A stretch of 64,000 nt of DNA from an uncultured Bacilli bacterium (GTDB lineage: Bacteria; Bacillota_I; Bacilli_A; ML615J-28; CAG-313). The stretch covers positions 121,184-185,183 of the forward strand of contig CALVCV010000001.1 in NCBI GenBank assembly GCA_944326155.1. The letters are read 5' to 3'. The notes beneath the pieces were generated by a model, which made no database searches, had not been told where the DNA came from, and saw only the letters and a program-made list of their open reading frames with translations. Below are positions 47,522 through 56,564 of the stretch, piece by piece. Both the position numbers and the translations under genes were made by a program. Every line of letters begins with the position of its first letter. The stretch's first letter is position 1.

Positions 47522-48670
47522 CTACTTTACTAAAATGATTTTTTCAAGATTTTCTTTATTAAGTTTTGAACCAATGACTACAAATCTACCAATAAAATCT
47601 TCCGTGCCTTCATTAATTTGATAATCTCCACATACATAATCAAAATAATACCATTTAACATTATCGCTAGCCTTAAGAATCCCTTTAGCACGTAAAACTA
47701 TACCACAGTTATTTTCATCTTTTAGTGCTTCTAGAATTTTAGTAAGTTCTTCTTTTGAATATGATTTTGCACTTTCAAAACCATAAGAAACAAATACTTC
47801 ATCGGCATCATGATGATGATGTTCACCTTCTTCATCATGATGATGAGAGCATCCTTCACCTTCTTCATCGTGATGATGATGACAGCATCCTTCACCTTCT
47901 TCATCATGATGATGATGACAGCATCCTTCACCTTCTTCATCATGATGATGATGACAGCATCCTTCACCTTCTTCATCGTGATGATGATGACAGCATCCTT
48001 CACCTTCTTCATCGTGATGATGATGACAGCAATGATGTTCATTTTCTAATTCTTGTTTCATTTCATCAGTAATTGAAGCATTCTTTTCTAAAATTTCAAG
48101 TAACTTGAATGCATCTACATTAGGTAAATTTGCTAAAACAATATTTGCATTCGGATTTTGTGATTTAATTAGATTATAAACTTCAATTATCTTATCATCA
48201 GCCAATTTTTCTACTTTACTAATAACAATTGTTCTTGCGTCCTCTACTTGATTATTAAAAAATTCACCAAAGTTCTTAATGTATATTTTACACTTTGAAC
48301 CATCTACAACAGTTGCAACAATATTCAAGACTATATCTAATTTTAATTTTTCAACAGCTTTGATAATATCTGAAAGTTTACCTACACCAGATGGCTCAAT
48401 GACTATTCTTTCAGGATGAAAAGTATCAATTACTTCTTTCATTGATTTTGAAAAATCACCAACTAAAGAGCAACAAATACATCCAGAATTAATTTCTCTA
48501 ATATCAATTCCTGATTCTTTTAAGAAACTGCCATCTATGCCAATTTCACCAAATTCATTTTCTATTAAAACAATTTTTTCATCATTAAATCTAGTTTTTA
48601 AAAGTTGTTTAATTAAAGTTGTTTTACCAGCTCCTAAAAAACCTGAAATAATATCAACTTTTATACTCAT
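47522..48670 (-). CDS. COG0523 (CobW/YciC-like) metallochaperone GTPase with a His/Cys-rich repeat insert
   Basis: 382 aa. Walker A GFLGAGKTT and metal-binding GCICCS. Insert HHCCHHHHDEEGEG(CCHHHHDEEGEG)x4...HHHHDADE lies between the GTPase and C-terminal domains. Confidence 0.85.
   Translation of the reverse strand: MSIKVDIISGFLGAGKTTLIKQLLKTRFNDEKIVLIENEFGEIGIDGSFLKESGIDIREINSGCICCSLVGDFSKSMKEVIDTFHPERIVIEPSGVGKLSDIIKAVEKLKLDIVLNIVATVVDGSKCKIYIKNFGEFFNNQVEDARTIVISKVEKLADDKIIEVYNLIKSQNPNANIVLANLPNVDAFKLLEILEKNASITDEMKQELENEHHCCHHHHDEEGEGCCHHHHDEEGEGCCHHHHDEEGEGCCHHHHDEEGEGCCHHHHDEEGEGCSHHHDEEGEHHHHDADEVFVSYGFESAKSYSKEELTKILEALKDENNCGIVLRAKGILKASDNVKWYYFDYVCGDYQINEGTEDFIGRFVVIGSKLNKENLEKIILVK
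47813..48028. repeat. 36-bp tandem repeat (about 5.5 copies) inside the COG0523 gene
   Basis: Unit gcatccttcaccttcttcatc[a/g]tgatgatgatgaca repeated head-to-tail. It encodes CCHHHHDEEGEG on the minus strand. It also generates spurious antisense ORFs (47731..48042, 47755..48072, 47810..48049). Confidence 0.9.
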
Positions 48671-48699
48671 ATTTTTTAATACTCCTTTTATACTTTACT

Positions 48700-48752
48700 T
48701 TACTTAACTTTACAAATTATACCATAAAATCAATATTGAATGTAATTGTTAC
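48700..48752 (-). promoter_or_regulatory. promoter of the COG0523 operon with an overlapping palindromic operator candidate
   Basis: Minus strand GTGTAAC-a-ATTACAT (rc of about 48734..48750) overlaps the -35 TTACAT. 18-nt spacer, then TGgTATAAT. The 7-1-7 inverted repeat resembles Fur-family (Zur/Fur/PerR) box architecture. Confidence 0.45.
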
Positions 48753-48758
48753 ACCAAA

Positions 48759-49568
48759 TTATTTTGCATGAATATCTAATTGCGGATAAGGAATTGTAAT
48801 ATTATTGGCATCAAAAACTTTATGAACATCTCTCTTTAAGTCAAAATAAACGGTCCAATAATCTTCATTTTTTACCCATACTCTTGTAACAATATCAATT
48901 GAACTTGACGCTTGTTCTTGTTCTTTTACAAATGGAGTAGGCTCTTTTAATATTAATTCATTTTCCAGACAAACTTTTTCAATTAATTTAATTGCCAAAT
49001 CTACATTATCATCATATGAAATTGAAAATACCACATCCACTCTACGAAGTGGCTTTCTTGAATAATTAATAATTACATCGTTTGCTAAAGTACCATTCGG
49101 TATCATTACAACTTTATTATCAGGTGTAACTAGATTTGTATAAAATAACTTAATCTCCTCTACTGTTCCTCCAACATCACCTGTTTCAATATAGTCATCT
49201 AGTTTAAAAGGTCTAGTAAGAATCAAAACAATTCCACCTGCTAAATTAGCAAGTGATCCTTGGATACCAAGACCAATCGCAACACCTGTTGAAGCAACCA
49301 ACGCCGCAAGTCCTGCAGTATCAATACCTACAGTACTTGCATAAGCTAAAATTAAAAAAATTCTAATTCCCCATAAAATACATGTAAAAATAACTATCGT
49401 TATTAATTTGTCTACTTTTCCTCTTTTAATTGTTATTTTTCTTATTTTATTAATAATAATTGTTGATAACCACCATAGTAAAATAAATATTAAACTACTT
49501 ACCAATACTTTTATAAAAACATTATTCCATAATTTTGTAATAAATTCTATTATATTATTCCAATTCAT
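48759..49568 (-). CDS. small-conductance mechanosensitive channel (MscS family)
   Basis: 269 aa. 3 TM plus MscS beta-domain (GTVEEIKLFYTNLVTPDNKVVMIPNG). Confidence 0.8.
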   Translation of the reverse strand: MNWNNIIEFITKLWNNVFIKVLVSSLIFILLWWLSTIIINKIRKITIKRGKVDKLITIVIFTCILWGIRIFLILAYASTVGIDTAGLAALVASTGVAIGLGIQGSLANLAGGIVLILTRPFKLDDYIETGDVGGTVEEIKLFYTNLVTPDNKVVMIPNGTLANDVIINYSRKPLRRVDVVFSISYDDNVDLAIKLIEKVCLENELILKEPTPFVKEQEQASSSIDIVTRVWVKNEDYWTVYFDLKRDVHKVFDANNITIPYPQLDIHAK

Positions 49569-49577
49569 TTTTTTCTC

Positions 49578-51113
49578 CTACATTAATGGTGAAAAGATAG
49601 TAATTAGCCTTGAAATTACATTTTCATGCCATTTTAATTTAAAAGTAAGAGGATTAATGTAAATGGAATCATTTAATATAACTTCAAAATCTTGTTTAAT
49701 ATCTTTGATAGACTCTGTATTATACATCCAAATACCACATTCATAATGGTGCACTAAACTACGATAATCTAAATTGATTGTGCCAACTATCGCAAGTTCA
49801 TCATCTACTAAAAAGTTCTTTGTATGTAAAAAGCCTTTTTCATATTCATAAATTTTTATACCATTTTTTAATAAATCACGATAATTTGATCTCGTTAATA
49901 TAAAGATGATTTTTTTATCCGGTATATGAGGTGTAAATATTTTTACATCTACGCCTCTTTTTACAGCCATTATAAGAGCATTTTTCACTAATGAATCGAT
50001 GATTAAATATGGTGTAGCAATCCGAATTGTTTTCTTTGCTTGATTAATCATATTTAAATAAACATTTTCACCAATTAAATCAGGAAAAATAGGATTTGGT
50101 CCATCACAATATGGTTGCATAAAACCATCTGATTGATAATTATCCATTTGCACATCAGTATATTTACCATACTCTTCTTCTTTTCTAATCTGTAAATCAA
50201 AAATTTGTAAAAAGAAAACTGTTAATTGTCTAACGGCATCGCCTTCAATTCTAAGTGCACAATCTTTCCAATATCCATATTTTTCAACTAAATTGATATA
50301 TTCATCTGCGCAATTGATACCACCAACATAACCAATCTTACCATCTATTACAATAATTTTTCTATGATCACGATTATTGTGGACAGCACTTACAAAGGGT
50401 AAAAATGGACCAAACTTTACACAGTTGATTCCAATAGCTCTTATCTTTTTATAAAAATTAATAGGTACTTTAGAAATTGCCCCAATATCATCATAAATTA
50501 ATCTTACTTCAATACCTTCTGTAACTTTCTCCTTTAAAATATCAAGAATTGCATCTAACATTTTACCTTGTTCAATAATAAAATATTCAATAAAAATAAA
50601 ATGTTTAGCCTGTTTTAAATCTTCTAATAAACTTGGTAAAAATGTTTCTCCACTATTAAAATATTTGGTTTTTGTATTTTGAAATAATCCACTTTTACAA
50701 GTATTTGCAATATAATTAGATTGTCCTTCATAGTGATTTAATCTTGTTGCATCAACTTGATACTTTTTAATAGAATTTTGTAAGTCGTCGAATAATTTTT
50801 CAAAAAAATTTGTAAATTTTTTACGAACAACATTACGTGAAAACAAAAGATAAATAATAATTCCTGCAATCGGTACGAGCATGATTACTGCAAGCCATGG
50901 CATTTTTAAGTCAGCTGGCATATCGCGATTGACTAAATCAACAATCAATGCTACTTCAATTGTTTTTGTTAGAATTGGCATCCAAATGAAAATGGAATCT
51001 AAATATAAAAATCCATAAATAATTAGTAATACTTGCAAGATGATGATTGCTGCTGTAATTGTCATTCTACTAAAAAGAAATTTAAAAATTTTTTTCATAT
51101 ACTCTCCTACCAT
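49578..51113 (-). CDS. cls: cardiolipin synthase (two-HKD phospholipase D superfamily)
   Basis: 511 aa. N-terminal TMs. Two HxK(x)4D motifs: HRKIIVIDGK and HTKNFLVDDE. Confidence 0.9.
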   Translation of the reverse strand: MVGEYMKKIFKFLFSRMTITAAIIILQVLLIIYGFLYLDSIFIWMPILTKTIEVALIVDLVNRDMPADLKMPWLAVIMLVPIAGIIIYLLFSRNVVRKKFTNFFEKLFDDLQNSIKKYQVDATRLNHYEGQSNYIANTCKSGLFQNTKTKYFNSGETFLPSLLEDLKQAKHFIFIEYFIIEQGKMLDAILDILKEKVTEGIEVRLIYDDIGAISKVPINFYKKIRAIGINCVKFGPFLPFVSAVHNNRDHRKIIVIDGKIGYVGGINCADEYINLVEKYGYWKDCALRIEGDAVRQLTVFFLQIFDLQIRKEEEYGKYTDVQMDNYQSDGFMQPYCDGPNPIFPDLIGENVYLNMINQAKKTIRIATPYLIIDSLVKNALIMAVKRGVDVKIFTPHIPDKKIIFILTRSNYRDLLKNGIKIYEYEKGFLHTKNFLVDDELAIVGTINLDYRSLVHHYECGIWMYNTESIKDIKQDFEVILNDSIYINPLTFKLKWHENVISRLITIFSPLM

Positions 51114-51268
51114 TACTTATATAATTTATACATCCTATTTTTATACTCTATATTTTATTATTATATCATAATATAAATAAAATTCCAATAAAAATAGCAT
51201 TTTTACAAAAAAAATAAAAAAGTTTGATTTAAAATTATACCTTAAATCAAACTTTTTTATTCAAATGT

Positions 51269-52093
51269 TCATTTTTCAGCATCAGAAATAAATTGTTTCA
51301 TCTTATCAATTGCACCTTTTTCAATAATTTGTGCTCTTTGTCTAGAAATGGCAAATTTATTAGCAATATCACTAAAAGAATGAAAAATACCATCATCATA
51401 TCCATAACGATACTTAATAATTCTAGCCTCCCTTGGTGAAAGTTCAGTAAGAGCAGCTAAAATTAATTTGTTTTTCTCATCATTCAAAACAGCTTCTTGT
51501 GGCGTATCTTCATCATCTTTTATGATTTCAATTACACTTGTATCTTTATCTGAATCAATTACTTTATCAAGTGAAGCAACATTTGATATATCAAATAGCA
51601 TTCTCAATTCAGATGGTTTTACGCCCATTTGATGAGCAACTTCATCAAAAGTAACTTTTCTTTGTAAAGTAGATACCATTTGTTCTTCGGTTACAAAAAA
51701 TTGTTTTTTCAACTCTGATATGTTATTTGGTTGATCAGCATTTTTTAGAGCTTTATGTAACCCTTTACTAATGCTTTGTTTAATCCAATAACTGGCATAT
51801 GAAGCGAACTTAATACCTTTATGATAATCAAAACGATCAACCGCTTTAGAAAGGCCAATCATCCCTAATTGAACAATATCATCATTTGAAAGGGAGCCAG
51901 TTGGATAATAATTTTTAGCAATACTATAAACTAATTTAAGGTTAGCTTTAATCATAATGGTTTGAACATCTTCTCGAAGATTACTATGTTTTTCGAGTAG
52001 CATAAATATTTGTTGTTCTTCTTCGAATGTTAATAATCTTTTTTCGCCAAGTTCTTCACAAGTCAATAGTTCTGTAATTATATCTTTTTCCAC
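51269..52093 (-). CDS. sigma-70 family RNA polymerase sigma factor (compact RpoD-like, regions 2-4)
   Basis: 274 aa. Region 2.4 FASYASYWIKQSI resembles the group-1/2 sequence FSTYATWWIRQAI. Region 4 HTH: LSPREARIIKYRYG...ISRQRAQIIEKGAIDKMK. Confidence 0.75.
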   Translation of the reverse strand: MEKDIITELLTCEELGEKRLLTFEEEQQIFMLLEKHSNLREDVQTIMIKANLKLVYSIAKNYYPTGSLSNDDIVQLGMIGLSKAVDRFDYHKGIKFASYASYWIKQSISKGLHKALKNADQPNNISELKKQFFVTEEQMVSTLQRKVTFDEVAHQMGVKPSELRMLFDISNVASLDKVIDSDKDTSVIEIIKDDEDTPQEAVLNDEKNKLILAALTELSPREARIIKYRYGYDDGIFHSFSDIANKFAISRQRAQIIEKGAIDKMKQFISDAEK

Positions 52094-52105
52094 AAATTTA
52101 ACCCC

Positions 52106-52771
52106 TTATAATGACCAATCAATTGGTGTTTTATTATTTTTTACTAATATTTCATTAATTTTAGAAAAATGTTTACAACCGAAAAAACCATTATATGCTG
52201 AAAGAGGGCTAGGATGAGCTGCCGTTAAGATAAGATGATTCGGATTAGTAATCAATGCACTTTTTTCTTTAGCATCCCTACCCCATAAAACAAAGATAAT
52301 TAAATCGTTTTTTTGATTCAACAATTCAATAACTTTATTGGTAAAAATTTCCCATCCTCTATTTTTATGACTATTCGCATAGTGCTCTCTTACAGTTAAA
52401 ACAGTATTTAATAATAATACGCCTTGTTTTGCCCATTTAGTCAAATTACCAGTTTTAGGATAGGGAAGATTTAAATCATTAGTTAATTCTTTGAAAATAT
52501 TTTTTAGAGATGCAGGATAAGATACATTATCTAAAACTGAAAAGCAAAGTCCATGGGCCTGACCAATTTCATGGTAAGGATCTTGACCTAATATAACAAC
52601 TTTTACTTCATTATAATCTGTATATTTTAATGCGTTAAATATATCATACATTGAAGGGAAAATACGATAATTTTCATATTCAGATTTTAAAAATCCTCTT
52701 AATTTTAAGTAATATTCTTTTTGAAATTCATCTTTTAATAATTCATCCCAATTATTATTTAGTTTTACCAT
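52106..52771 (-). CDS. ung: uracil-DNA glycosylase
   Basis: 221 aa. Motifs GQDPYH and HPSPLS. Confidence 0.9.
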   Translation of the reverse strand: MVKLNNNWDELLKDEFQKEYYLKLRGFLKSEYENYRIFPSMYDIFNALKYTDYNEVKVVILGQDPYHEIGQAHGLCFSVLDNVSYPASLKNIFKELTNDLNLPYPKTGNLTKWAKQGVLLLNTVLTVREHYANSHKNRGWEIFTNKVIELLNQKNDLIIFVLWGRDAKEKSALITNPNHLILTAAHPSPLSAYNGFFGCKHFSKINEILVKNNKTPIDWSL

Positions 52772-52826
52772 ACTGCTATCCTACTTTCTTACTATTATTA
52801 TACCATTTATTTGTTTTTTTTGCAAA

Positions 52827-52856
52827 AGAAAAAGAAATCAAAAGATTTCTTTTTCT
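52827..52856. terminator. intrinsic terminator (13-bp perfect stem)
   Basis: AGAAAAAGAAATC-aaaa-GATTTCTTTTTCT flanked by T and A runs. Follows the CaCA transporter gene on the minus strand. Confidence 0.7.
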
Positions 52857-52865
52857 ACGTTTTTA

Positions 52866-53852
52866 TTAACTAATTATCGTCAAAACTAGATATCCTACAT
52901 AAACAAATAAAAGAATAAAACCTTGAATTTTAGTAAATTTTTTCATAATTAAAGTCGGTATTAAAGCAATAATGGTTACAATAAAACAAGCAGGAAGGTC
53001 AATTGATGAAACTGCTCCTAACATAGGTAGTGTATCACCATAGACCAAAGAACAAATAGGTAAGATTAAAGTTAAATCGATAATATTAGCTCCAATAATG
53101 TTACCTGCTGAAAGAGAGGCTTGTTTTTTGATTATAGCTGTAACGGTTGTAACTAATTCTGGTAGTGAAGTGCCAATAGCAATAATCGTGACTGATATAA
53201 TTCTAGTAGGTACACCACATACTTCAGCAAGAGTTTGACCATTGTTTTTTAAAAGTTCTGCACCTACTACAATACCAATTGCGCCAATAATAAATTTTAT
53301 AACATTTATTCCTATGCTCTTTTTGGATTTATCATATTGTTTTGTGTCATTGACATAGGATTCTTTTTTTGTCTTTTGAATAGCTATAATAATATTTTCA
53401 GTCATCGCTATAATAAAAATAATAAGTAAACAAATACTTGCTACCATTCCTACGCCATTAAAGAATTTGCCAAAAATTGCTATCACGAAAGATGATAGAA
53501 TAAGTAAGATTGATTTTAAAAGATATTCACTTCTTTTGATAGCAGTTGGTATACAAATTAATGCAATTGCCAAAATCAAGCCTGTATTAGCAGTCACACT
53601 TCCTACAGCATTGCCAATGGCCATATCGACAAATTCTGGATTAGCTTGTGTTTTTGCTGAAATTGCCGCAAAAGTTGAAACAAGTAATTCTGGAAGAGTG
53701 GTTGCAAGACTTACAATAGTCGCTCCAACTATTAATTTAGGAATGCCTGATACTTCAGCAAACCAACTTGCGGCATCAACAAACCAATCACCGCATTTAA
53801 TGATAATGATAAGTCCTAATAACAATAAAACTATACACCAAAAAATTTCCAT
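52866..53852 (-). CDS. Na+/Ca2+ exchanger family (CaCA, YrbG-like) membrane protein
   Basis: 328 aa. Two alpha-repeat regions: GNAVGSVTANTGLILA and GTSLPELVTTV. Confidence 0.8.
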   Translation of the reverse strand: MEIFWCIVLLLLGLIIIIKCGDWFVDAASWFAEVSGIPKLIVGATIVSLATTLPELLVSTFAAISAKTQANPEFVDMAIGNAVGSVTANTGLILAIALICIPTAIKRSEYLLKSILLILSSFVIAIFGKFFNGVGMVASICLLIIFIIAMTENIIIAIQKTKKESYVNDTKQYDKSKKSIGINVIKFIIGAIGIVVGAELLKNNGQTLAEVCGVPTRIISVTIIAIGTSLPELVTTVTAIIKKQASLSAGNIIGANIIDLTLILPICSLVYGDTLPMLGAVSSIDLPACFIVTIIALIPTLIMKKFTKIQGFILLFVYVGYLVLTIIS

Positions 53853-53976
53853 ATTGTAAATTACCTTTCTATTCCATCATTTAGAATTCCATCTTCTATA
53901 ATTTATATTATCAATTTAAAAAGTTTAGTACAATCGATAATAATCATTTAAATATAAAATACTATAAAAAATAAAA

Positions 53977-54052
53977 TGGTGCCGACAACAAGAATCGAAC
54001 TTGCGACCTGCTGATTACGAGTCAGCTGCTCTACCAACTGAGCTATGACGGC
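53977..54052 (-). tRNA. tRNA-Thr (anticodon CGU)
   Basis: rc = GCCGTCA-TA-GCTC-AGTTGGTA-GAGC-A-GCTGA-CTCGTAA-TCAGC-AGGTC-GCAAG-TTCGATT-CTTGT-TGTCGGC-A-CCA. Canonical cloverleaf with encoded CCA. One U-U mismatch in the acceptor stem (positions 5:68). Own TTGAAA-17-TAGAAT promoter at 54062..54090. Confidence 0.85.
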
Positions 54053-54130
54053 ATCCTAATAATTCTATCAAAAAAAGATATTTTTTTCAAGTAAAACTAC
54101 TATTTATTTTATTTATATTTCATACTTTTT

Positions 54131-54173
54131 AAAAGTAGAAAACTGGACAAATAGGTTTTTACTACTTGTCCAG
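54131..54173 (-). terminator. intrinsic terminator after nadC
   Basis: Hairpin CTGGACAA (54143..54150) / TTGTCCAG (54166..54173), followed by a U-run on the minus strand. Confidence 0.6.
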
Positions 54174-54184
54174 CATCCACAAGT

Positions 54185-55042
54185 TTAATTTTTTTTAGTA
54201 AAATTTTTATAAAATTTTAAACTTATATCTAATGATTTATAAGAATGAGTCAAAGCACCAACAGAAATGTAGTCAACTCCAATAAGGGCAACACTTCTCA
54301 CACGTTTTAATTCCATATTACCACTAGCTTCCAATTTTTTATCAGAATGCACAGTTTTTTTAATTTCTACTAATTCTTTCATCAGTTCGTTATTCATATT
54401 ATCTAACATAATAATATCAGCTGAAGTATTTAATGCTTCTAAAAATTCCTCTTTAGTTTCTACTTCAATTTCAACTTTCATTGCTTTTCCAACAGCTTTT
54501 CTAGCCATTTCAACAGTTTTGGTAATACTACCTACTGCAGCAATATGATTATCTTTAATTAAAACTTGATCTGATAAATTATAGCGATGATTTGTTCCTC
54601 CACCATCTCTTACTGCTTGTCTTTCTAAAATTCGTAAAAGAGGAGTTGTTTTTCTAGTATCTAAGATTTTACAGTTAGTCTCTGCTAATTCTTGTACAAA
54701 TTTTGCGGTTGTTGCAGCAATACCACTCATTCTTTGTAAAAAGTTTAAGGCAACTCTTTCGCCACGTAAGATATCACGCATTGGACCTTCAATACTTGCA
54801 ATAACATCTCCCCTATTAACAAATGTACCATTTTCTTTAAGTATTTGCATTTTTATCTTAGGATTAACTACTCTAAAAACTTCTTTAGCAACATCAATTC
54901 CTGATACAACACCTGTTGCTTTAACGATGAAACTTCCTGATAACATAACATCCTTATCTACTAAATTAAGTGTTGTTACATCATTTTCATATCCATCTTC
55001 TATTAATGCCATTTTAATTAATTCTGTTATTTTTTTATCCAT
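54185..55042 (-). CDS. nadC: nicotinate-nucleotide pyrophosphorylase (carboxylating)
   Basis: 285 aa, QPRTase fold (LDNM..., GVDYISVGALTHS). Confidence 0.9.
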   Translation of the reverse strand: MDKKITELIKMALIEDGYENDVTTLNLVDKDVMLSGSFIVKATGVVSGIDVAKEVFRVVNPKIKMQILKENGTFVNRGDVIASIEGPMRDILRGERVALNFLQRMSGIAATTAKFVQELAETNCKILDTRKTTPLLRILERQAVRDGGGTNHRYNLSDQVLIKDNHIAAVGSITKTVEMARKAVGKAMKVEIEVETKEEFLEALNTSADIIMLDNMNNELMKELVEIKKTVHSDKKLEASGNMELKRVRSVALIGVDYISVGALTHSYKSLDISLKFYKNFTKKN

Positions 55043-55043
55043 A

Positions 55044-56564
55044 TTAATTAATGCGTAAGTGACAACCTATGCTTTCCTTTCTAGCTTCAGCCGCATCAGT
55101 AATTAATTTTGCGACTGTGGCAATATTTAATGCTCTATAATAGTCTACTGTTGTGAAAGGGTGCTTGCACAAATTATTGTAATGTCTATCAATAATTCTT
55201 TGAGCAAGATGTAAGCCTTCAGTATCTCTTACAATAAATACATATTTACTCATTGTTTCTCTTATTTCTTCACGAATTGGATGATAATTATTATTATTTA
55301 CTGAAAAAGAAATCTCAATATCCCAACTTTCTACTTCAGATTCTGGCTTTTCATTAATCTTTTGTGCAATTTTTTTACCAAAAACAACACACTCTAAAAG
55401 TGAATTACTAGCTAATCGATTGGCACCATGAACACCTGAAGAGCAACACTCGCCATTTGCAAAAAGATTAGTAATGGAAGTTTCACCATCTAAATCAATT
55501 TGTACACCACCTATACCAAAATGTTCTACAGGAGCCACAGGAATTAAATCAGATTCCATATGATATCCTGATTCTAAACATTTCTCATAAATTGTTGGAA
55601 AACGTTTCATTAAAAATTTTTTACCTAAATGTCTAGCATCAATATAGACATATTGACTCCAAGTATCATACATTTCTTTCATAATAGATTGAGAAACCAC
55701 ATCTCTTGGAGCAAGTTCTAAGCGTTTATCATATTTTTGCATAAAACGTTCTCCATTAATATTTAATAAATAAGCGCCTTCACCACGAACAGCTTCACTG
55801 ATTAAGAATTTTTGACCCTTTATATTACCTATAACATCATAAAAAACGGTTGGATGAAATTGCACAAATTCCATACCACGAAGTTTTGCACCTGCTCGAT
55901 ATGCGGCAGCAATACCATCACCTGTTGCGCCATGAGCATTTGTAGAGTCTTTGTAGATTGCACCAATGCCACCCGTAGCAAGTAGTGTAGATGAAGCAAA
56001 AACATTGCAAAATTCATTATCCATTGATATAAGTTCACCACCATAACATACATTATCTTTCATAATTAAATTATATAACATATAATTTTCTATAATAGTA
56101 ACATTTTCCCGTTTTTTAATTAAAGCAATAAGAGTTTCCATAATGTTTTTACCAGTAGCATCACCACCAGCATGTAAAATTCTTCTTGTGGAATGTCCAC
56201 CTTCTCTCGTAAGAAGAATTTTACCATTTTCATCAACATCAAAAGGAACACCTAAGTCTATTAACATCTTCAAATTTTCTGATGCGTCATATACCAATTC
56301 CTTAATTGCATCTTTATCAAATAAACCTGATCCTGCTATTAAAGTATCTTCAATGTGTTTTGCCAATACTTTTTCATCAGTATTTAGTTCACCTGCAATT
56401 CCTCCTTGGGCAAGATAAGAGTTACTAAGACCTAAAGGTTCCTTAGAAGCGATAATAATTTTTTTGCTTTTATCAATATTAAGAGCAGTATATAAACCTG
56501 CTAATCCTCCACCAAGAATTAATACATCACTTGTTAATTTTCTTACTTTTTTCATATCACTCAC
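55044..56564 (-). CDS. nadB: L-aspartate oxidase
   Basis: 506 aa. FAD-binding VLILGGGLAGL and succinate-DH/fumarate-reductase flavoprotein-like motifs. Confidence 0.9.
   Translation of the reverse strand: MSDMKKVRKLTSDVLILGGGLAGLYTALNIDKSKKIIIASKEPLGLSNSYLAQGGIAGELNTDEKVLAKHIEDTLIAGSGLFDKDAIKELVYDASENLKMLIDLGVPFDVDENGKILLTREGGHSTRRILHAGGDATGKNIMETLIALIKKRENVTIIENYMLYNLIMKDNVCYGGELISMDNEFCNVFASSTLLATGGIGAIYKDSTNAHGATGDGIAAAYRAGAKLRGMEFVQFHPTVFYDVIGNIKGQKFLISEAVRGEGAYLLNINGERFMQKYDKRLELAPRDVVSQSIMKEMYDTWSQYVYIDARHLGKKFLMKRFPTIYEKCLESGYHMESDLIPVAPVEHFGIGGVQIDLDGETSITNLFANGECCSSGVHGANRLASNSLLECVVFGKKIAQKINEKPESEVESWDIEISFSVNNNNYHPIREEIRETMSKYVFIVRDTEGLHLAQRIIDRHYNNLCKHPFTTVDYYRALNIATVAKLITDAAEARKESIGCHLRIN

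Noticed and set aside
47813-48028. Possibility that the 36-bp repeat array is a CRISPR array.
   Set aside because: The units abut with no unique spacers, lie in frame inside a conserved gene, and encode a His/Cys-rich peptide repeat. No cas genes are nearby.
47731-48072. Three overlapping ORFs (two plus-strand, one minus-strand) with striking periodic sequences (MKKVKDAVIIITMKKV..., HLLHHDDDDSIL..., MMMMTASFTFF...).
   Set aside because: They are alternative-frame readings of the 36-bp tandem repeat inside the COG0523 gene. The GTPase frame has conserved Walker A and CxCC motifs. The others are artefacts of the repeat.
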